Source of the DNA: an uncultured Poribacteria bacterium
GTDB lineage: Bacteria > Poribacteria > WGA-4E > WGA-3G
Length of the DNA stretch: 64,000 nucleotides
Direction of reading: 5' to 3'
NCBI GenBank assembly: GCA_951813565.1
Contig: OX638351.1
Span: forward strand, 3,104,001-3,168,000
The notes under the pieces are model-generated. The model was not told the DNA's origin and did no database searches. It saw nothing but the letters and a program-made list of their open reading frames with translations. Positions 50,634 through 61,105 of this stretch are shown here, in pieces. A program made the translations under genes and the position numbers. How positions within the stretch are numbered: the first letter of the stretch is position 1; the number at the start of each line of letters is the position of its first letter.

Positions 50634-52010
50634 ATGTCTAAACGCGAAGAATTTATTTCAGTCATCAATACACTCAAAGCACTTTCCTCTACAATTACTG
50701 ATGAGATGCGCAAAGGACTTCTACAGCAAGCGGTACAACAGTATGGTCTATCTATAAGTGAAGCGGATGAAATACTTCAGGCATCGGGACTAATTGTTGG
50801 TGAAAGGACAAACTATTTTGAAGTTCTGGGATTTTCCATAGAGGCGCTTCAAGACCAAAGTGAACCCGCAATTGCAAATCGCGTTGATGAAGCACACAAA
50901 AAATTGTATAGTGAATCGTTACGTGCAGGTGGTCTCCCGCGTCCGGATGGTAGGACACAAGAACAGTGGCGGACTGTTTTAAATCAAGCACGTGATATCC
51001 TGAAAGATACACAAAAACGGGTTGAACACATTGCAACGTTACAGGCTGAAATCTCCCAAAGTGTTGATCCTATATTGTCAGAGGAACTTCCTATTCCTGA
51101 ATCAGAGGAACTTCCCATATCTGAACAGACATCTTTGAGTGTTTCCGTGCCAGAAGATATGGTGCTTGTCCCAGCTGGTGATTTCCAAATGGGAAGCAAA
51201 ATCGAACTGGGGAGTACACGTGAAAATCAAGAGCATACAGTCTACGTCGATGCATTCTGTATGGATAAATATCCAGTGACAAACGCACAATACAAGAGGT
51301 TTATTGATGCAATTCCAGCATGGCGCAAGTCATCAAACCGGAGGCGTCGGAACAAGCTAAGTATCAGGATGATCTCTAATGTTGATATGTATAAGTATAA
51401 CGATAGAGAATACCTAAAGAATTGGGATGGGAACAACTTTCCGAATGGAAAGGAAGACCATCCCGTCACTCATGTCAGTTGGTATGCGGCCATGGCGTAT
51501 GCAAAATGGATTGGCAAACGTTTACCGTCAGAAGCTGAATGGGAAAAGGCGGCACGTGGCGGCTTAGCCGGGCAAAAATATCCATGGGGTAACTCTTTGG
51601 ATGTAGATAAGGCATATAGTGATAAGAATGCTGGCGAAACTATTTCTGTAGGAAAATTTCCTGCCAATAACTATGGACTGTTTGACATGGTGGGGAACGT
51701 CTGGGAGTGGTGCCTTGATGCGTATGATCCAGATTTTTATACTACTTCACCACTACGGAATCCAATTGCAGGTGCAAACTCGAAGGAGGATCTTGATAAA
51801 TTAATTTCGAACTTCTGGGAAGTTACAACTGATCGCGTATTACGTGGGGGTTCACTGTTCACTTCATCAGAACCTGTTCAAACGAGTGTTCGATGTAGCG
51901 GTAAACCTATACGTACCAGCTTCCTCACCTCACTGTATTTATCAAGTTTTGTGGCGAATATTGGGTTCCGATGTGCTTGGGACACACAGCTTAAGTCCAA
52001 ATCTTTATAA
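50634..52010 (+). CDS. J-domain-like + FGE-sulfatase protein, paralogue 3
   Basis: Same architecture; start at MSKREEF (ATG 50634) by homology with the other paralogues. Confidence 0.88.
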   Translation: MSKREEFISVINTLKALSSTITDEMRKGLLQQAVQQYGLSISEADEILQASGLIVGERTNYFEVLGFSIEALQDQSEPAIANRVDEAHKKLYSESLRAGGLPRPDGRTQEQWRTVLNQARDILKDTQKRVEHIATLQAEISQSVDPILSEELPIPESEELPISEQTSLSVSVPEDMVLVPAGDFQMGSKIELGSTRENQEHTVYVDAFCMDKYPVTNAQYKRFIDAIPAWRKSSNRRRRNKLSIRMISNVDMYKYNDREYLKNWDGNNFPNGKEDHPVTHVSWYAAMAYAKWIGKRLPSEAEWEKAARGGLAGQKYPWGNSLDVDKAYSDKNAGETISVGKFPANNYGLFDMVGNVWEWCLDAYDPDFYTTSPLRNPIAGANSKEDLDKLISNFWEVTTDRVLRGGSLFTSSEPVQTSVRCSGKPIRTSFLTSLYLSSFVANIGFRCAWDTQLKSKSL

Positions 52011-52075
52011 CCTATTCTGATTTTTAGAGTGGATACTTTTACATAATTTTTACGATAGAAACACCAATTTACGAC

Positions 52076-53449
52076 ATGTCTAAACGCGAAGAATTTATTT
52101 CAGTCATCAATACACTCAAAGCACTTTCCTCTACAATTACTGATGAGATGCGCAAAGGACTTCTACAGCAAGCGGTACAACAGTATGGTCTATCTATAAG
52201 TGAAGCGGATGAAATACTTCAGGCATCGGGACTAATTGTTGGTGAAAGGACAAACTATTTTGAAGTTCTGGGATTTTCCATAGAGGCGCTTCAAGACCAA
52301 AGTGAACCCGCAATTGCAAATCGCGTTGATGAAGCACACAAAAAATTGTATAGTGAATCGTTACGTGCAGGTGGTCTCCCGCGTCCGGATGGTAGGACAC
52401 AAGAACAGTGGCGGACTGTTTTAAATCAAGCACGTGATATCCTGAAAGATACACAAAAACGGGTTGAACACATTGCAACGTTACAGGCTGAAATCTCCCA
52501 AAGTGTTGATCCTATCTTGTCAGAGGAACTTCCTATTCCTGAATCAGAGGAACTTCCCATATCTGAACAGACATCTTTGAGTGTTTCCGTGCCAGAAGAT
52601 ATGGTGCTTGTCCCAGCTGGTGATTTCCAAATGGGAAGCGATAATGAAAAGGCAAATGACCGTGAAAAGCCTGCACATACGGTCTATGTTGACGCGTTCT
52701 ATATGGATAAATATCCGGTAACGAACGAACAATATAAGGCGTTCGTAGAAGCCAACCAGCAATGGGGCAAACAACCCTCGAATTGGGGTAAACAGAACAG
52801 AATCAAAAAGAGGATGCTCTCTATATTCGAGAAATACCGCGGAGTTGGCTACCTAAAACATTGGAATGGAAACGAATTTCCGATTGCAAAGGCTGACCAT
52901 CCTGTAACTCACGTTAGTTGGTATGCATCAATGGCGTATGCAAAATGGGTTGGCAAACGTTTACCGACAGAGGCGGAGTGGGAAAAAGCAGCACGCGGCG
53001 GCTTAACAGGGCAAAAATATCCATGGGGAGATATTCTGGATTCAAACATGGTATATTGTGGAAAAGATGTAGGTGAGACCACTTCTGTTGGAAAGTATCC
53101 AGCGAATAACTACGGTTTGCATGATATAGTAGGCAACGTCTGGGAATGGTGTCTTGATGAACATGATGAAGATTTCTATTCTGCTTCGTCTGTTCGGAAT
53201 CCGGTTGCTGGTGCGAACACAAAAGAGGATTTAAATTTATTAATTCATGATTTTAGAAACGTTTCAACTGATCGCGTATTACGTGGGGGTTCACTGCTCA
53301 CTTCATCAGAACCTGTTCAAACGAGTGTTCGATGTAGCGGTAAACCTATACGTACCAGCTTCCTCACCTCACTGTATTTATCAAGTTTTGTGGCGAATAT
53401 TGGGTTCCGATGTGCTTGGGACACACAGCTTAAGTCCAAATCTTTATAA
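52076..53449 (+). CDS. J-domain-like + FGE-sulfatase protein, paralogue 4 (mosaic)
   Basis: N- and C-termini near-identical to paralogue 3; core resembles paralogue 2. Confidence 0.88.
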   Translation: MSKREEFISVINTLKALSSTITDEMRKGLLQQAVQQYGLSISEADEILQASGLIVGERTNYFEVLGFSIEALQDQSEPAIANRVDEAHKKLYSESLRAGGLPRPDGRTQEQWRTVLNQARDILKDTQKRVEHIATLQAEISQSVDPILSEELPIPESEELPISEQTSLSVSVPEDMVLVPAGDFQMGSDNEKANDREKPAHTVYVDAFYMDKYPVTNEQYKAFVEANQQWGKQPSNWGKQNRIKKRMLSIFEKYRGVGYLKHWNGNEFPIAKADHPVTHVSWYASMAYAKWVGKRLPTEAEWEKAARGGLTGQKYPWGDILDSNMVYCGKDVGETTSVGKYPANNYGLHDIVGNVWEWCLDEHDEDFYSASSVRNPVAGANTKEDLNLLIHDFRNVSTDRVLRGGSLLTSSEPVQTSVRCSGKPIRTSFLTSLYLSSFVANIGFRCAWDTQLKSKSL

Positions 53450-53510
53450 CCTATTCTGATTTTTAGAGTGGATACTTTTACATAATTTTTGCAATAAGGA
53501 GAGATTGACT

Positions 53511-55811
53511 ATGAAAAATACAAATGATTATGTTTTATGGTATAACAAACCTGCCGAACAATGGACAGACGCACTTCCAGTGGGAAACGGAAGGCTCGGG
53601 GCAATGGTGTTCGGCGGTGTCCAACGCGAACGCATCCAACTTAACGAAGATACGCTTTGGGAAGGCGCTCCTCAAGATACCAACAACCCAAAGGCTTTGG
53701 ATGCACTTCCAAAAGTGCAACAACTGCTTTTTGAAGATAAAAACGATGAAGCGACAAAACTTGCAGGCGAAACGATGTTGGGTGTTCCACATCGAATCAA
53801 ATCGTATCAATCTTTAGGGGATCTCATCTTAGAATTTTCGCATGATGAGATTACAGATTATCGGCGAGAACTTGACTTGGACACAGGCATAACGAAAACA
53901 ACATATCACTGTGGAGATGTCAGTTTCAGTAGGGAGGTGTTCGCAACAGCAGTTGATAATATCATCGCTATCCGAATTGAATCTGAACCATCGGAAAACA
54001 TCACTTTTGACGCAACGATGACGCGGGAACAGGATGCCACTGTTGAAGCCATTTCCGACAAAACCCTTAGACTCAGCGGACAGTGTAGCGATGGTGTTGT
54101 TCGGTTTTCAGCGTATTTACAATTGAACGTTGAGGGTGGGCAGGTTCAGTCGGATGGTGACCGAATCTCTGTGCAAGAAGCGAATGCTGTTACCCTTCTA
54201 CTCGCTGGTGCGACAAGCTACATTAATCAGAAGGATGCAAGTGGGAACCCGCATGAACTTTGTGAAAATTATCTCGCAGCCGTTGAAACAAAATCGTATG
54301 AAGCAATTCGTACAGATCATATTGCTGAACATCAATCCCTATTCCGAAGGGTTGACTTGAATCTCGGTTCTACCGAGGCGGACAGTCTGCCGACCGATGA
54401 ACGTTTGGCAGCAGTGAAAGAAGGGGCGTCAGATCCAGGGCTTGTTGCACTTTACTTCCAGTATGGGCGTTATCTGCTGATGGGAAGTTCACGGCCGGGT
54501 TGTCTCCCCGCAAACCTACAAGGGATTTGGAACGAACACATGAAAGCACCTTGGAACAGCGATTTTCACACCAACATTAACCTACAAATGAATTATTGGG
54601 TCCCTGAAGTCTGTAATCTTGCAGAGTGCCATAAACCGCTATTTGACTATATGGACACACTTGTTGAACCGGGCAATCAGACAGCAAAACGTCACTACGG
54701 TGCTGAAGGATGGGTTGTCCATCATCTCTCCGATGTATGGGGATTTACAACGCCTGCTGATGGAATCTGGGGTATCTCACCGATGGGTGCTGCATGGTTG
54801 TGTGAGCATGTATGGGAGCACTACCTTTTTGGTGGAGATGTAGAATTCCTTAAGAAACAAGCCTACCCGTTAATGAAAGGCGCTGCCCGTTTTGTACTTG
54901 ATTTCCTCGTTGAAGCACCCGAAGGCACACCCGTTGCGGGCAAACTTGTCACGAATCCATCTCACTCACCCGAAAACAGTTTTCTAAAACCTGATGGTGA
55001 ACGTTCCCTCTTCACCTATGCTGCAACGATGGATCTGGAGATTATCCATGAACTCTTCACAAATTGTATCGCTTGTATAGATGTTCTCGGTGGTGATGCA
55101 GATTTCCGTGCAGAGCTGGTCTTTGCCCTTGAACGACTCGCGCCACTTCAGATCAGTGAGAAGACAGGACGATTACAGGAGTGGGTATTCGATTATGACG
55201 AACCGGAACCTGGACACCGACACATGTCCCACATGTATGGGCTGCATCCAAGTTGTCAGATAACGCTGCGTGGCACACCAGAGTTAGCGGCAGCAGCAAA
55301 GAAATCGTTGGAATATCGGTTGCAACATGGCGGTGGACAAACAGGATGGAGTCGTGCGTGGCTCATCAACTTCTTTGCAAGATTTGAGGAGGCAGAGGGA
55401 GCATACAACCATCTCCAAGCACTCCTCGCGAGGTGTACGTTGACAAACCTGTTTGATACGCACCCACCATTTCAGATTGATGGTAATTTCGGTGGGACTG
55501 CTGGTATTGCCGAAATGCTGCTACAGAGCCATGCAGGTGAGGTTAACTTGCTGCCCGCACTGCCAAAGGTATGGGGGACAGGATACGTCAAAGGGTTGCG
55601 TGCACGTGGTGGGTTTGAAGTGGATATGGAATGGGAAAATGGAAAACTCACCCAAGCACAATTGTTATCAACTCTTGGGAATGATTGTTGCGTCCGAACA
55701 CCTGGCACTGTCTCTGTGACATGTGATGGTCAACGAGTGAAGTACTCCCAGTCAAGGGATGTTGTTAGTTTTCACACGGAAGCAGGCAAAACGTATACAA
55801 TTTCGGCATAG
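53511..55811 (+). CDS. Glycoside hydrolase family 95 (alpha-L-fucosidase-like)
   Basis: [60 protein letters not shown]. Confidence 0.95.
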   Translation: MKNTNDYVLWYNKPAEQWTDALPVGNGRLGAMVFGGVQRERIQLNEDTLWEGAPQDTNNPKALDALPKVQQLLFEDKNDEATKLAGETMLGVPHRIKSYQSLGDLILEFSHDEITDYRRELDLDTGITKTTYHCGDVSFSREVFATAVDNIIAIRIESEPSENITFDATMTREQDATVEAISDKTLRLSGQCSDGVVRFSAYLQLNVEGGQVQSDGDRISVQEANAVTLLLAGATSYINQKDASGNPHELCENYLAAVETKSYEAIRTDHIAEHQSLFRRVDLNLGSTEADSLPTDERLAAVKEGASDPGLVALYFQYGRYLLMGSSRPGCLPANLQGIWNEHMKAPWNSDFHTNINLQMNYWVPEVCNLAECHKPLFDYMDTLVEPGNQTAKRHYGAEGWVVHHLSDVWGFTTPADGIWGISPMGAAWLCEHVWEHYLFGGDVEFLKKQAYPLMKGAARFVLDFLVEAPEGTPVAGKLVTNPSHSPENSFLKPDGERSLFTYAATMDLEIIHELFTNCIACIDVLGGDADFRAELVFALERLAPLQISEKTGRLQEWVFDYDEPEPGHRHMSHMYGLHPSCQITLRGTPELAAAAKKSLEYRLQHGGGQTGWSRAWLINFFARFEEAEGAYNHLQALLARCTLTNLFDTHPPFQIDGNFGGTAGIAEMLLQSHAGEVNLLPALPKVWGTGYVKGLRARGGFEVDMEWENGKLTQAQLLSTLGNDCCVRTPGTVSVTCDGQRVKYSQSRDVVSFHTEAGKTYTISA

Positions 55812-56015
55812 TAGTGCTATGTCAACTCATGCTTTATGGGTAAATGTCGCGATTCGGAGATCGCTCCCGCTGGATGCCATACGCGCATTCAGCGTTGATT
55901 CACAGAAAACCCTTTTGTAGGAGGGAACTTCGATTCCCGATTACTTTGGCAACTCACAATTTTAGAGTGGACAATCCAGTAGACTTGCAAAATCGCTCTA
56001 ATACAAGCATGAGTC

Positions 56016-56930
56016 TTACATTGGCAAACGGAGTTGATCAGTATACTGTCTGATCCGTTCGTTTGCCAATTTTATGTATTCTTCTTCAATGTCGTATCCG
56101 ATATAGCGCCGACCTGCTTTTACGGCACTCAAACAAGTTGTTCCGCTCCCACAGAATGGGTCTAATACTACATCTCCTACGAAGGTGTAGAGCTGAATTA
56201 ATCGATGCGGCAACTCTTCAGGGAAGGGAGCGGGATGACCGATACGTTTAGCAGATTCAGCAGAAAATGTCCAGACACTTTTTGTCCACTCTAAGAAATC
56301 CTCTTTACAGATAGAATTTTCTCTGTCATTACGCTGCCGCGAAAAGGAATCTTTTGAGAAAACGAGGATATATTCGTGAACGTCCCTTAGCACAGGATTT
56401 GCCGCCGATAACCAACTCCCCCATGCCGTTGAACTCCCCGCGCTCGCGGCTTTGTCCCAGATGATTTCCCCGCGCATATAGTAGCCGATGTCCAACATAT
56501 CTTCTATGATGCAACTATGTAACGGAATATAAGGTTTCCGACCTAAATTGGCGATATTAATGCACGCCCGACCACCAGTTACCAATTTATTATAGGTTTC
56601 GGCAAAAACAGCACGGAGGAGTTCCCTATATTCATCTAAAGAGAGATCGTCGTCATACTCCTTTTTCGCATTATAGGGAGGTGATGTAACCATTAGATGT
56701 ATGCTGCCATCTGGAATTTCAGACATCTGCTCACTGGAGGAACAATAAAGCTGGTCAAGATTTACTGCGGGAATTGGGTTTTCTATCCACGTTTCGGGTT
56801 TCGGAGGATCCTGATTAGCGTAGAGTTTACCCTTATAAAATTCACTGGAGTCGTGATTGATTCTTCCGGATGTTCCGAACGCGCTTGTCTGTGTGCCTTG
56901 TCTTTGAGATTCCGAGTTTGTTTTATCCAT
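56016..56930 (-). CDS. Orphan N4/N6 DNA methyltransferase (beta arrangement, SPPY)
   Basis: VTSPPY precedes HPAPFP and VLDPFCGSGTT; no adjacent restriction endonuclease. Confidence 0.9.
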   Translation of the reverse strand: MDKTNSESQRQGTQTSAFGTSGRINHDSSEFYKGKLYANQDPPKPETWIENPIPAVNLDQLYCSSSEQMSEIPDGSIHLMVTSPPYNAKKEYDDDLSLDEYRELLRAVFAETYNKLVTGGRACINIANLGRKPYIPLHSCIIEDMLDIGYYMRGEIIWDKAASAGSSTAWGSWLSAANPVLRDVHEYILVFSKDSFSRQRNDRENSICKEDFLEWTKSVWTFSAESAKRIGHPAPFPEELPHRLIQLYTFVGDVVLDPFCGSGTTCLSAVKAGRRYIGYDIEEEYIKLANERIRQYTDQLRLPM

Positions 56931-56944
56931 ATCTTTTAACCACC

Positions 56945-58153
56945 TTAATACCGATCTGGGAACCAAAAAATTACATCGCGTTTGGGAAACAACGTTCCTA
57001 AAAACGTGGCAACCTCTGGAGATACTGAACCATCCGAATTCATTTGCTCCCATCCTATTTCACCAAACAGCAGTTGCCAAAACTCTTCTTCGCTGATTTT
57101 CAAGTTCACTACATCTGCTGCATCATCTACAATTTGAATCGTGTTATTACCGTCGTAACGTAACACTGCTTGACGGTTATTGACAACAGGAAATTTGACA
57201 GCAAGTGACGAGAACGATTCCTCGGAAGCAGCAATTTGTGATTCCCACCCCACCACGAGACGCCGCAAAAGCACAGATAAATCAACAGCATAGAGCATCA
57301 TTGCTGTATCGGTGATTGGGTTTAAATCACTGTTGCAAACTGTTTTTAGACGTTGGACAAACGGATGTTGCGGTGAAAATATACCTTTTATTTCTTCAAC
57401 GCTATTTGCTGCACCTGCTTGTCCAAGGTGGAATGCAAGCGCGTCCAAAACATCTGGATTATCAGGTAGATACCCTACTTCGCGCACCTTCACACATTTT
57501 CCATCTATCTCATAGTTGAGATATCCACCTATGTTGCCATTCTGCTGTGCAACAACGGTCGGGAGAATACCACGAATGCGCGAGGGTGCCATATCCCAAT
57601 AAGCGCGTGTCCGAGAAATGGCACCGCTCTGTTGTGCATTAGCGGTGTCGTATATTGATGCTACGGCATCTAAATCCGTCTCTAAGTTAAATGCTCTAAT
57701 CTGCCAATCAGGTAGTCTTTCAGTCGTCGTCGAGTTAAACTCTATTTTGAAACCGTGAAGAGGTAAGGATGTCCACCCGAATCTGTGATAAAATTCTTCT
57801 GGTATGATGGTAAACAGTACACCGAGGTCACATCCTGCCGTCTGCAGATAGCCGATTGTGTCTCGCATAAGCGCAGACGCATACCCAACCCCACGATATT
57901 TTGGATCCGTGCAGACACCACCGATACCCCCCATTGTCACAAGGGATGCGCCAATTCTTATCCTACGTTCCCAGACGCGCAAAGTTGAAACAACCTGTTC
58001 GTTCACTACAACCACTCGAGTCTGTGAAAGCCTGTAGCTGCTATCACCTCGCACATACTGCCAATAGCGTTCATGTTGGTTCGGATTGAACGCGATGCAG
58101 TTGAGTTTAACAACCTGTTCTAATTCTGATTCACATGCTGCTCTAATTTCCAT
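56945..58153 (-). CDS. GNAT acetyltransferase, Eis-like
   Basis: GGIGGVCTDPKYRGVGYAS, FYHRFGW, a second GNAT-like domain and an SCP2-like C-terminus. Confidence 0.8.
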   Translation of the reverse strand: MEIRAACESELEQVVKLNCIAFNPNQHERYWQYVRGDSSYRLSQTRVVVVNEQVVSTLRVWERRIRIGASLVTMGGIGGVCTDPKYRGVGYASALMRDTIGYLQTAGCDLGVLFTIIPEEFYHRFGWTSLPLHGFKIEFNSTTTERLPDWQIRAFNLETDLDAVASIYDTANAQQSGAISRTRAYWDMAPSRIRGILPTVVAQQNGNIGGYLNYEIDGKCVKVREVGYLPDNPDVLDALAFHLGQAGAANSVEEIKGIFSPQHPFVQRLKTVCNSDLNPITDTAMMLYAVDLSVLLRRLVVGWESQIAASEESFSSLAVKFPVVNNRQAVLRYDGNNTIQIVDDAADVVNLKISEEEFWQLLFGEIGWEQMNSDGSVSPEVATFLGTLFPKRDVIFWFPDRY

Positions 58154-58173
58154 TCGTTTGTCCTAAAGCCAGT

Positions 58174-59223
58174 TTATTGCATTGAGAAGACTACACCTAA
58201 CGCTTCATTTGGGGTTTGTATCAGTTTTTCGCATGCCTCAGCGGCTTGGTCAATTGGCACAATATCAGTAATTACCGCTTGAACATTGACTTTACCCTCT
58301 GACATTAACTGCAGTGACAACTCCAAGTTGCGCTGTGTGGGCCACGGCACAAACACTGGCGGATAGTCAGCACCGTGTTCATAATCCTCATCATGATAGC
58401 CGGGACCGGTTCGCGCCGCACTGATAACGTCAACGTTCCCAAGTCCTGCTGCAAAACCGTGTGTGATGCTTGCACCGCCGACAATGACAATCCGACCCAT
58501 TTTGTGCGTATCTGGTGCTGTTTTCAACATCGCGCGGATTTGTTGAAAAGCACTCGTTGCATCCCCACCGAACGCGATAATCCCACAATCCATGCCATAG
58601 CCACGGGTAAATTCCTTCGCAATCGGAATCGGATCTGTTTCAGAAACATTTATCGCGCGATCTATTCCGGCGTTTTCAGCAATCTCTAACCGCAATGGCA
58701 ATCTGTCTAAACCGATAACATAAGCGCCAGCAGTTTTAGCAACCTGGCTCGCAAATTGTCCGAGAATACCCAATCCAGCAATGACAACGTTTTCACCGAT
58801 GCGGATACGTCCGCGTTGCACAGCATGCAGTGCCGTTGCAGCGAGGTGAACAGAAGCGGCTTCTTCGGCTTTGACATTATCGGGGACTTTAGCGCATAGG
58901 TTATGCGGCACACAAGCATACGTAGCGTGCAGCGCGTAGCCGCCTCCCATGCCTGCCACTCTGTCACCGACTTCAAATTCGTCACAATCCCCCTCTTTGC
59001 CGATGACAACACCAGCATTCGTATATCCGAATGAACGCTGCTGTGATGCGTCACCCGGATTCTCGCGTCTCCTTTTGACACCACCAAGCTCTGTTCCCGG
59101 ACTGACCATTGAAGCGTGAACTTCAATCAGCAACTGCCCAGGTTTTGGTGCAGGCGTTTCCTGCTCTTCTGTCCAGATTTTTCCTGCTCCATTCATCATC
59201 ACAACTTTTCTTGTTTTGCTCAT
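58174..59223 (-). CDS. MDR-family (zinc-binding-type) alcohol dehydrogenase
   Basis: SMVSPGTE, GYTNAGVV, VGDRV, GLGILGQ Rossmann motif. Confidence 0.88.
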   Translation of the reverse strand: MSKTRKVVMMNGAGKIWTEEQETPAPKPGQLLIEVHASMVSPGTELGGVKRRRENPGDASQQRSFGYTNAGVVIGKEGDCDEFEVGDRVAGMGGGYALHATYACVPHNLCAKVPDNVKAEEAASVHLAATALHAVQRGRIRIGENVVIAGLGILGQFASQVAKTAGAYVIGLDRLPLRLEIAENAGIDRAINVSETDPIPIAKEFTRGYGMDCGIIAFGGDATSAFQQIRAMLKTAPDTHKMGRIVIVGGASITHGFAAGLGNVDVISAARTGPGYHDEDYEHGADYPPVFVPWPTQRNLELSLQLMSEGKVNVQAVITDIVPIDQAAEACEKLIQTPNEALGVVFSMQ

Positions 59224-59588
59224 AAATGCTCCCTCATATTCATCTTTTTCATACTTTGCCCCCTTTCCGACTTAATACTGTGTCTTTAATTATAAAGGGG
59301 ATCCTACACCACTGTTTGGTGGATCCATATCGAACGTTTTGTGTAAGTCTTTTCTTATATATGAAGTTTTAACGCTGACCGTATTTTAGTCTATTTTGCT
59401 TTTGTTGTCAAATCAACTAAAGACATTTTAGTATTGTTCGACATGTTATATATGTATATAAGGGCAAATTCTGGTATTCATTTTCGATCATGCACTTAAA
59501 GTTATTAATTAGAATATGTTTTTAACGACTTAAAATTAATTTTATGTCGGAATTATCCCCAAATTTACGTGATTATTTATGAAGGCAG

Positions 59589-60353
59589 TTGAAAATTTTC
59601 CTTGGGAGAGAGAAAGCGAAGACGATGTACTTCATCGCTGGTTTTTTGGAAACAGGTAGTGAAGAAGCACTAAGTCTGCTTATGCGGAAGTATTATGAAC
59701 CGATCCGTGCTTCCGTTACCAAGCTCATAGGAAATCATCACGATGCAGATGAAATCACGAGTGGAACCTTCTGCAAAGCCTTCAACAAGAGGGAAACGAT
59801 CAAGTATCCAGACAAACTCGTCGGATGGTTATATAAGACCGCGGAAAACGCGGCGATTGACCACATAAGAACCAAACAACGAGAAATTAAACAGATGCCT
59901 GAATTAGCCTCTCTTTATAATGTAGATGATGAAAGAGAAACCGCATCGATGCTTGCAGCACAACAGGCGCAGCAGACTAAGATGGATCAAGATTTATTGA
60001 AAAGTCTCCTGCGACTTCTACCAGAAAAGGATCTTGAGGTTGTTGAATATCTATTGGATGACCTAAGGCCGAGGGAGATTGCTGAAGAGATTGGTTCCAC
60101 CGCCAAAGCGGTTCAGAAAAGATGGGAACGGATACTCAAATGGTTAGGTCCCATCGCTCCGCGATTAGATGATCTGATCGCTAATCTTCCACCGCAAGAA
60201 CAGAAGATTATGGAACGGTATTTAGACAATCAACCTCTCGAACATATTAGTGAGAAATTAGGTATCTCCCCGACTGATGTTGAAACGTGCGTGAAACGTG
60301 TGATAAAGCGGTGGAAGAAATCCACAAAGCAACCGCCACAAAACGGAGGATAA
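59589..60353 (+). CDS. ECF-type sigma-70 factor with a duplicated region 4
   Basis: DADEITSGTFCKAF, GWLYKTAENAAIDHIR; two LP....EI(A/S)E.(I/L)G....V HTH units; start uncertain. Confidence 0.8.
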   Translation: MKIFLGREKAKTMYFIAGFLETGSEEALSLLMRKYYEPIRASVTKLIGNHHDADEITSGTFCKAFNKRETIKYPDKLVGWLYKTAENAAIDHIRTKQREIKQMPELASLYNVDDERETASMLAAQQAQQTKMDQDLLKSLLRLLPEKDLEVVEYLLDDLRPREIAEEIGSTAKAVQKRWERILKWLGPIAPRLDDLIANLPPQEQKIMERYLDNQPLEHISEKLGISPTDVETCVKRVIKRWKKSTKQPPQNGG

Positions 60354-60354
60354 T

Positions 60355-61095
60355 ATGATTCGCGACATCCTTACAAATAGATGGTTTATCGGTGGCTTCG
60401 GTTTTTTGATAGTTTTCGCTTTGCTGTGCTACTTCTGGTACCAATACGATATAGCAGCATTCCAACAACAGTTACCGGTTGCCGATGACATTAACCTCAG
60501 GGGGAATACACCTACAATGGCACATAAACCTAACCAAACAACCGTGCCGATGACAGAAACCTTTGAATCTGTGGGGGAAACGTCGGTTCCCACAGAGGAA
60601 ACAACAGAAAAAACCGACACACTTGAGAAAAACATAGACTTAGCTGCGGACACTCCTACCTCTCCTTTTGGATTTGGTGCGTATCCTGAAGTTCCTGCCG
60701 ATTATCCTTTTAGGGAAAGGGTACAACTTTGGGATAATGCCACGCCAGAACATGAGTTGTTAGTCCGAGTCCGTGTTAAATTATGGAAACAAGGCACACA
60801 AACTATAGGTGCCATGTTTGATAAGAACGGTCTCATTTATCCATCTATTCCTGGTGTTATTTACGTGAAATGGCATTACATTCAAAAAGGAGACCCTGAT
60901 TTAGTAGGTCGACGGTATGCGGAACGTGTAATGGGTGACGGAAATGCTGCTAAAATGTGGGAATCTTTATATCTTACTACAGGCATGTTTGAACGCACAG
61001 ATATTAAAAATGACATTGAGGCATCAGGTATAAAGGTTTATGAGTACCCAGATGGGGGTATAGCCCCTTACAAATTCCTCGATTTACCGAGGTAA
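60355..61095 (+). CDS. Membrane-anchored hypothetical protein
   Basis: N-terminal TM (WFIGGFGFLIVFALLCYFWY), SPFGFGAYPEVPADYP, C-terminal GIAPYKFLDL; coupled to the sigma gene. Confidence 0.7.
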   Translation: MIRDILTNRWFIGGFGFLIVFALLCYFWYQYDIAAFQQQLPVADDINLRGNTPTMAHKPNQTTVPMTETFESVGETSVPTEETTEKTDTLEKNIDLAADTPTSPFGFGAYPEVPADYPFRERVQLWDNATPEHELLVRVRVKLWKQGTQTIGAMFDKNGLIYPSIPGVIYVKWHYIQKGDPDLVGRRYAERVMGDGNAAKMWESLYLTTGMFERTDIKNDIEASGIKVYEYPDGGIAPYKFLDLPR

Positions 61096-61105
61096 GGAGA
61101 ATAAA

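Noticed and set aside
47943..53449. Diversity-generating retroelement targeting the FGE-fold genes
   Set aside because: No reverse transcriptase, Avd or non-coding template repeat in the window; the repeated 3' ends are near-identical rather than differing at adenines. A remote DGR cannot be excluded
47943..53449. True formylglycine-generating enzymes maturing the nearby sulfatase
   Set aside because: They lack the catalytic cysteine pair after RGGS and carry a J-like N-terminal domain
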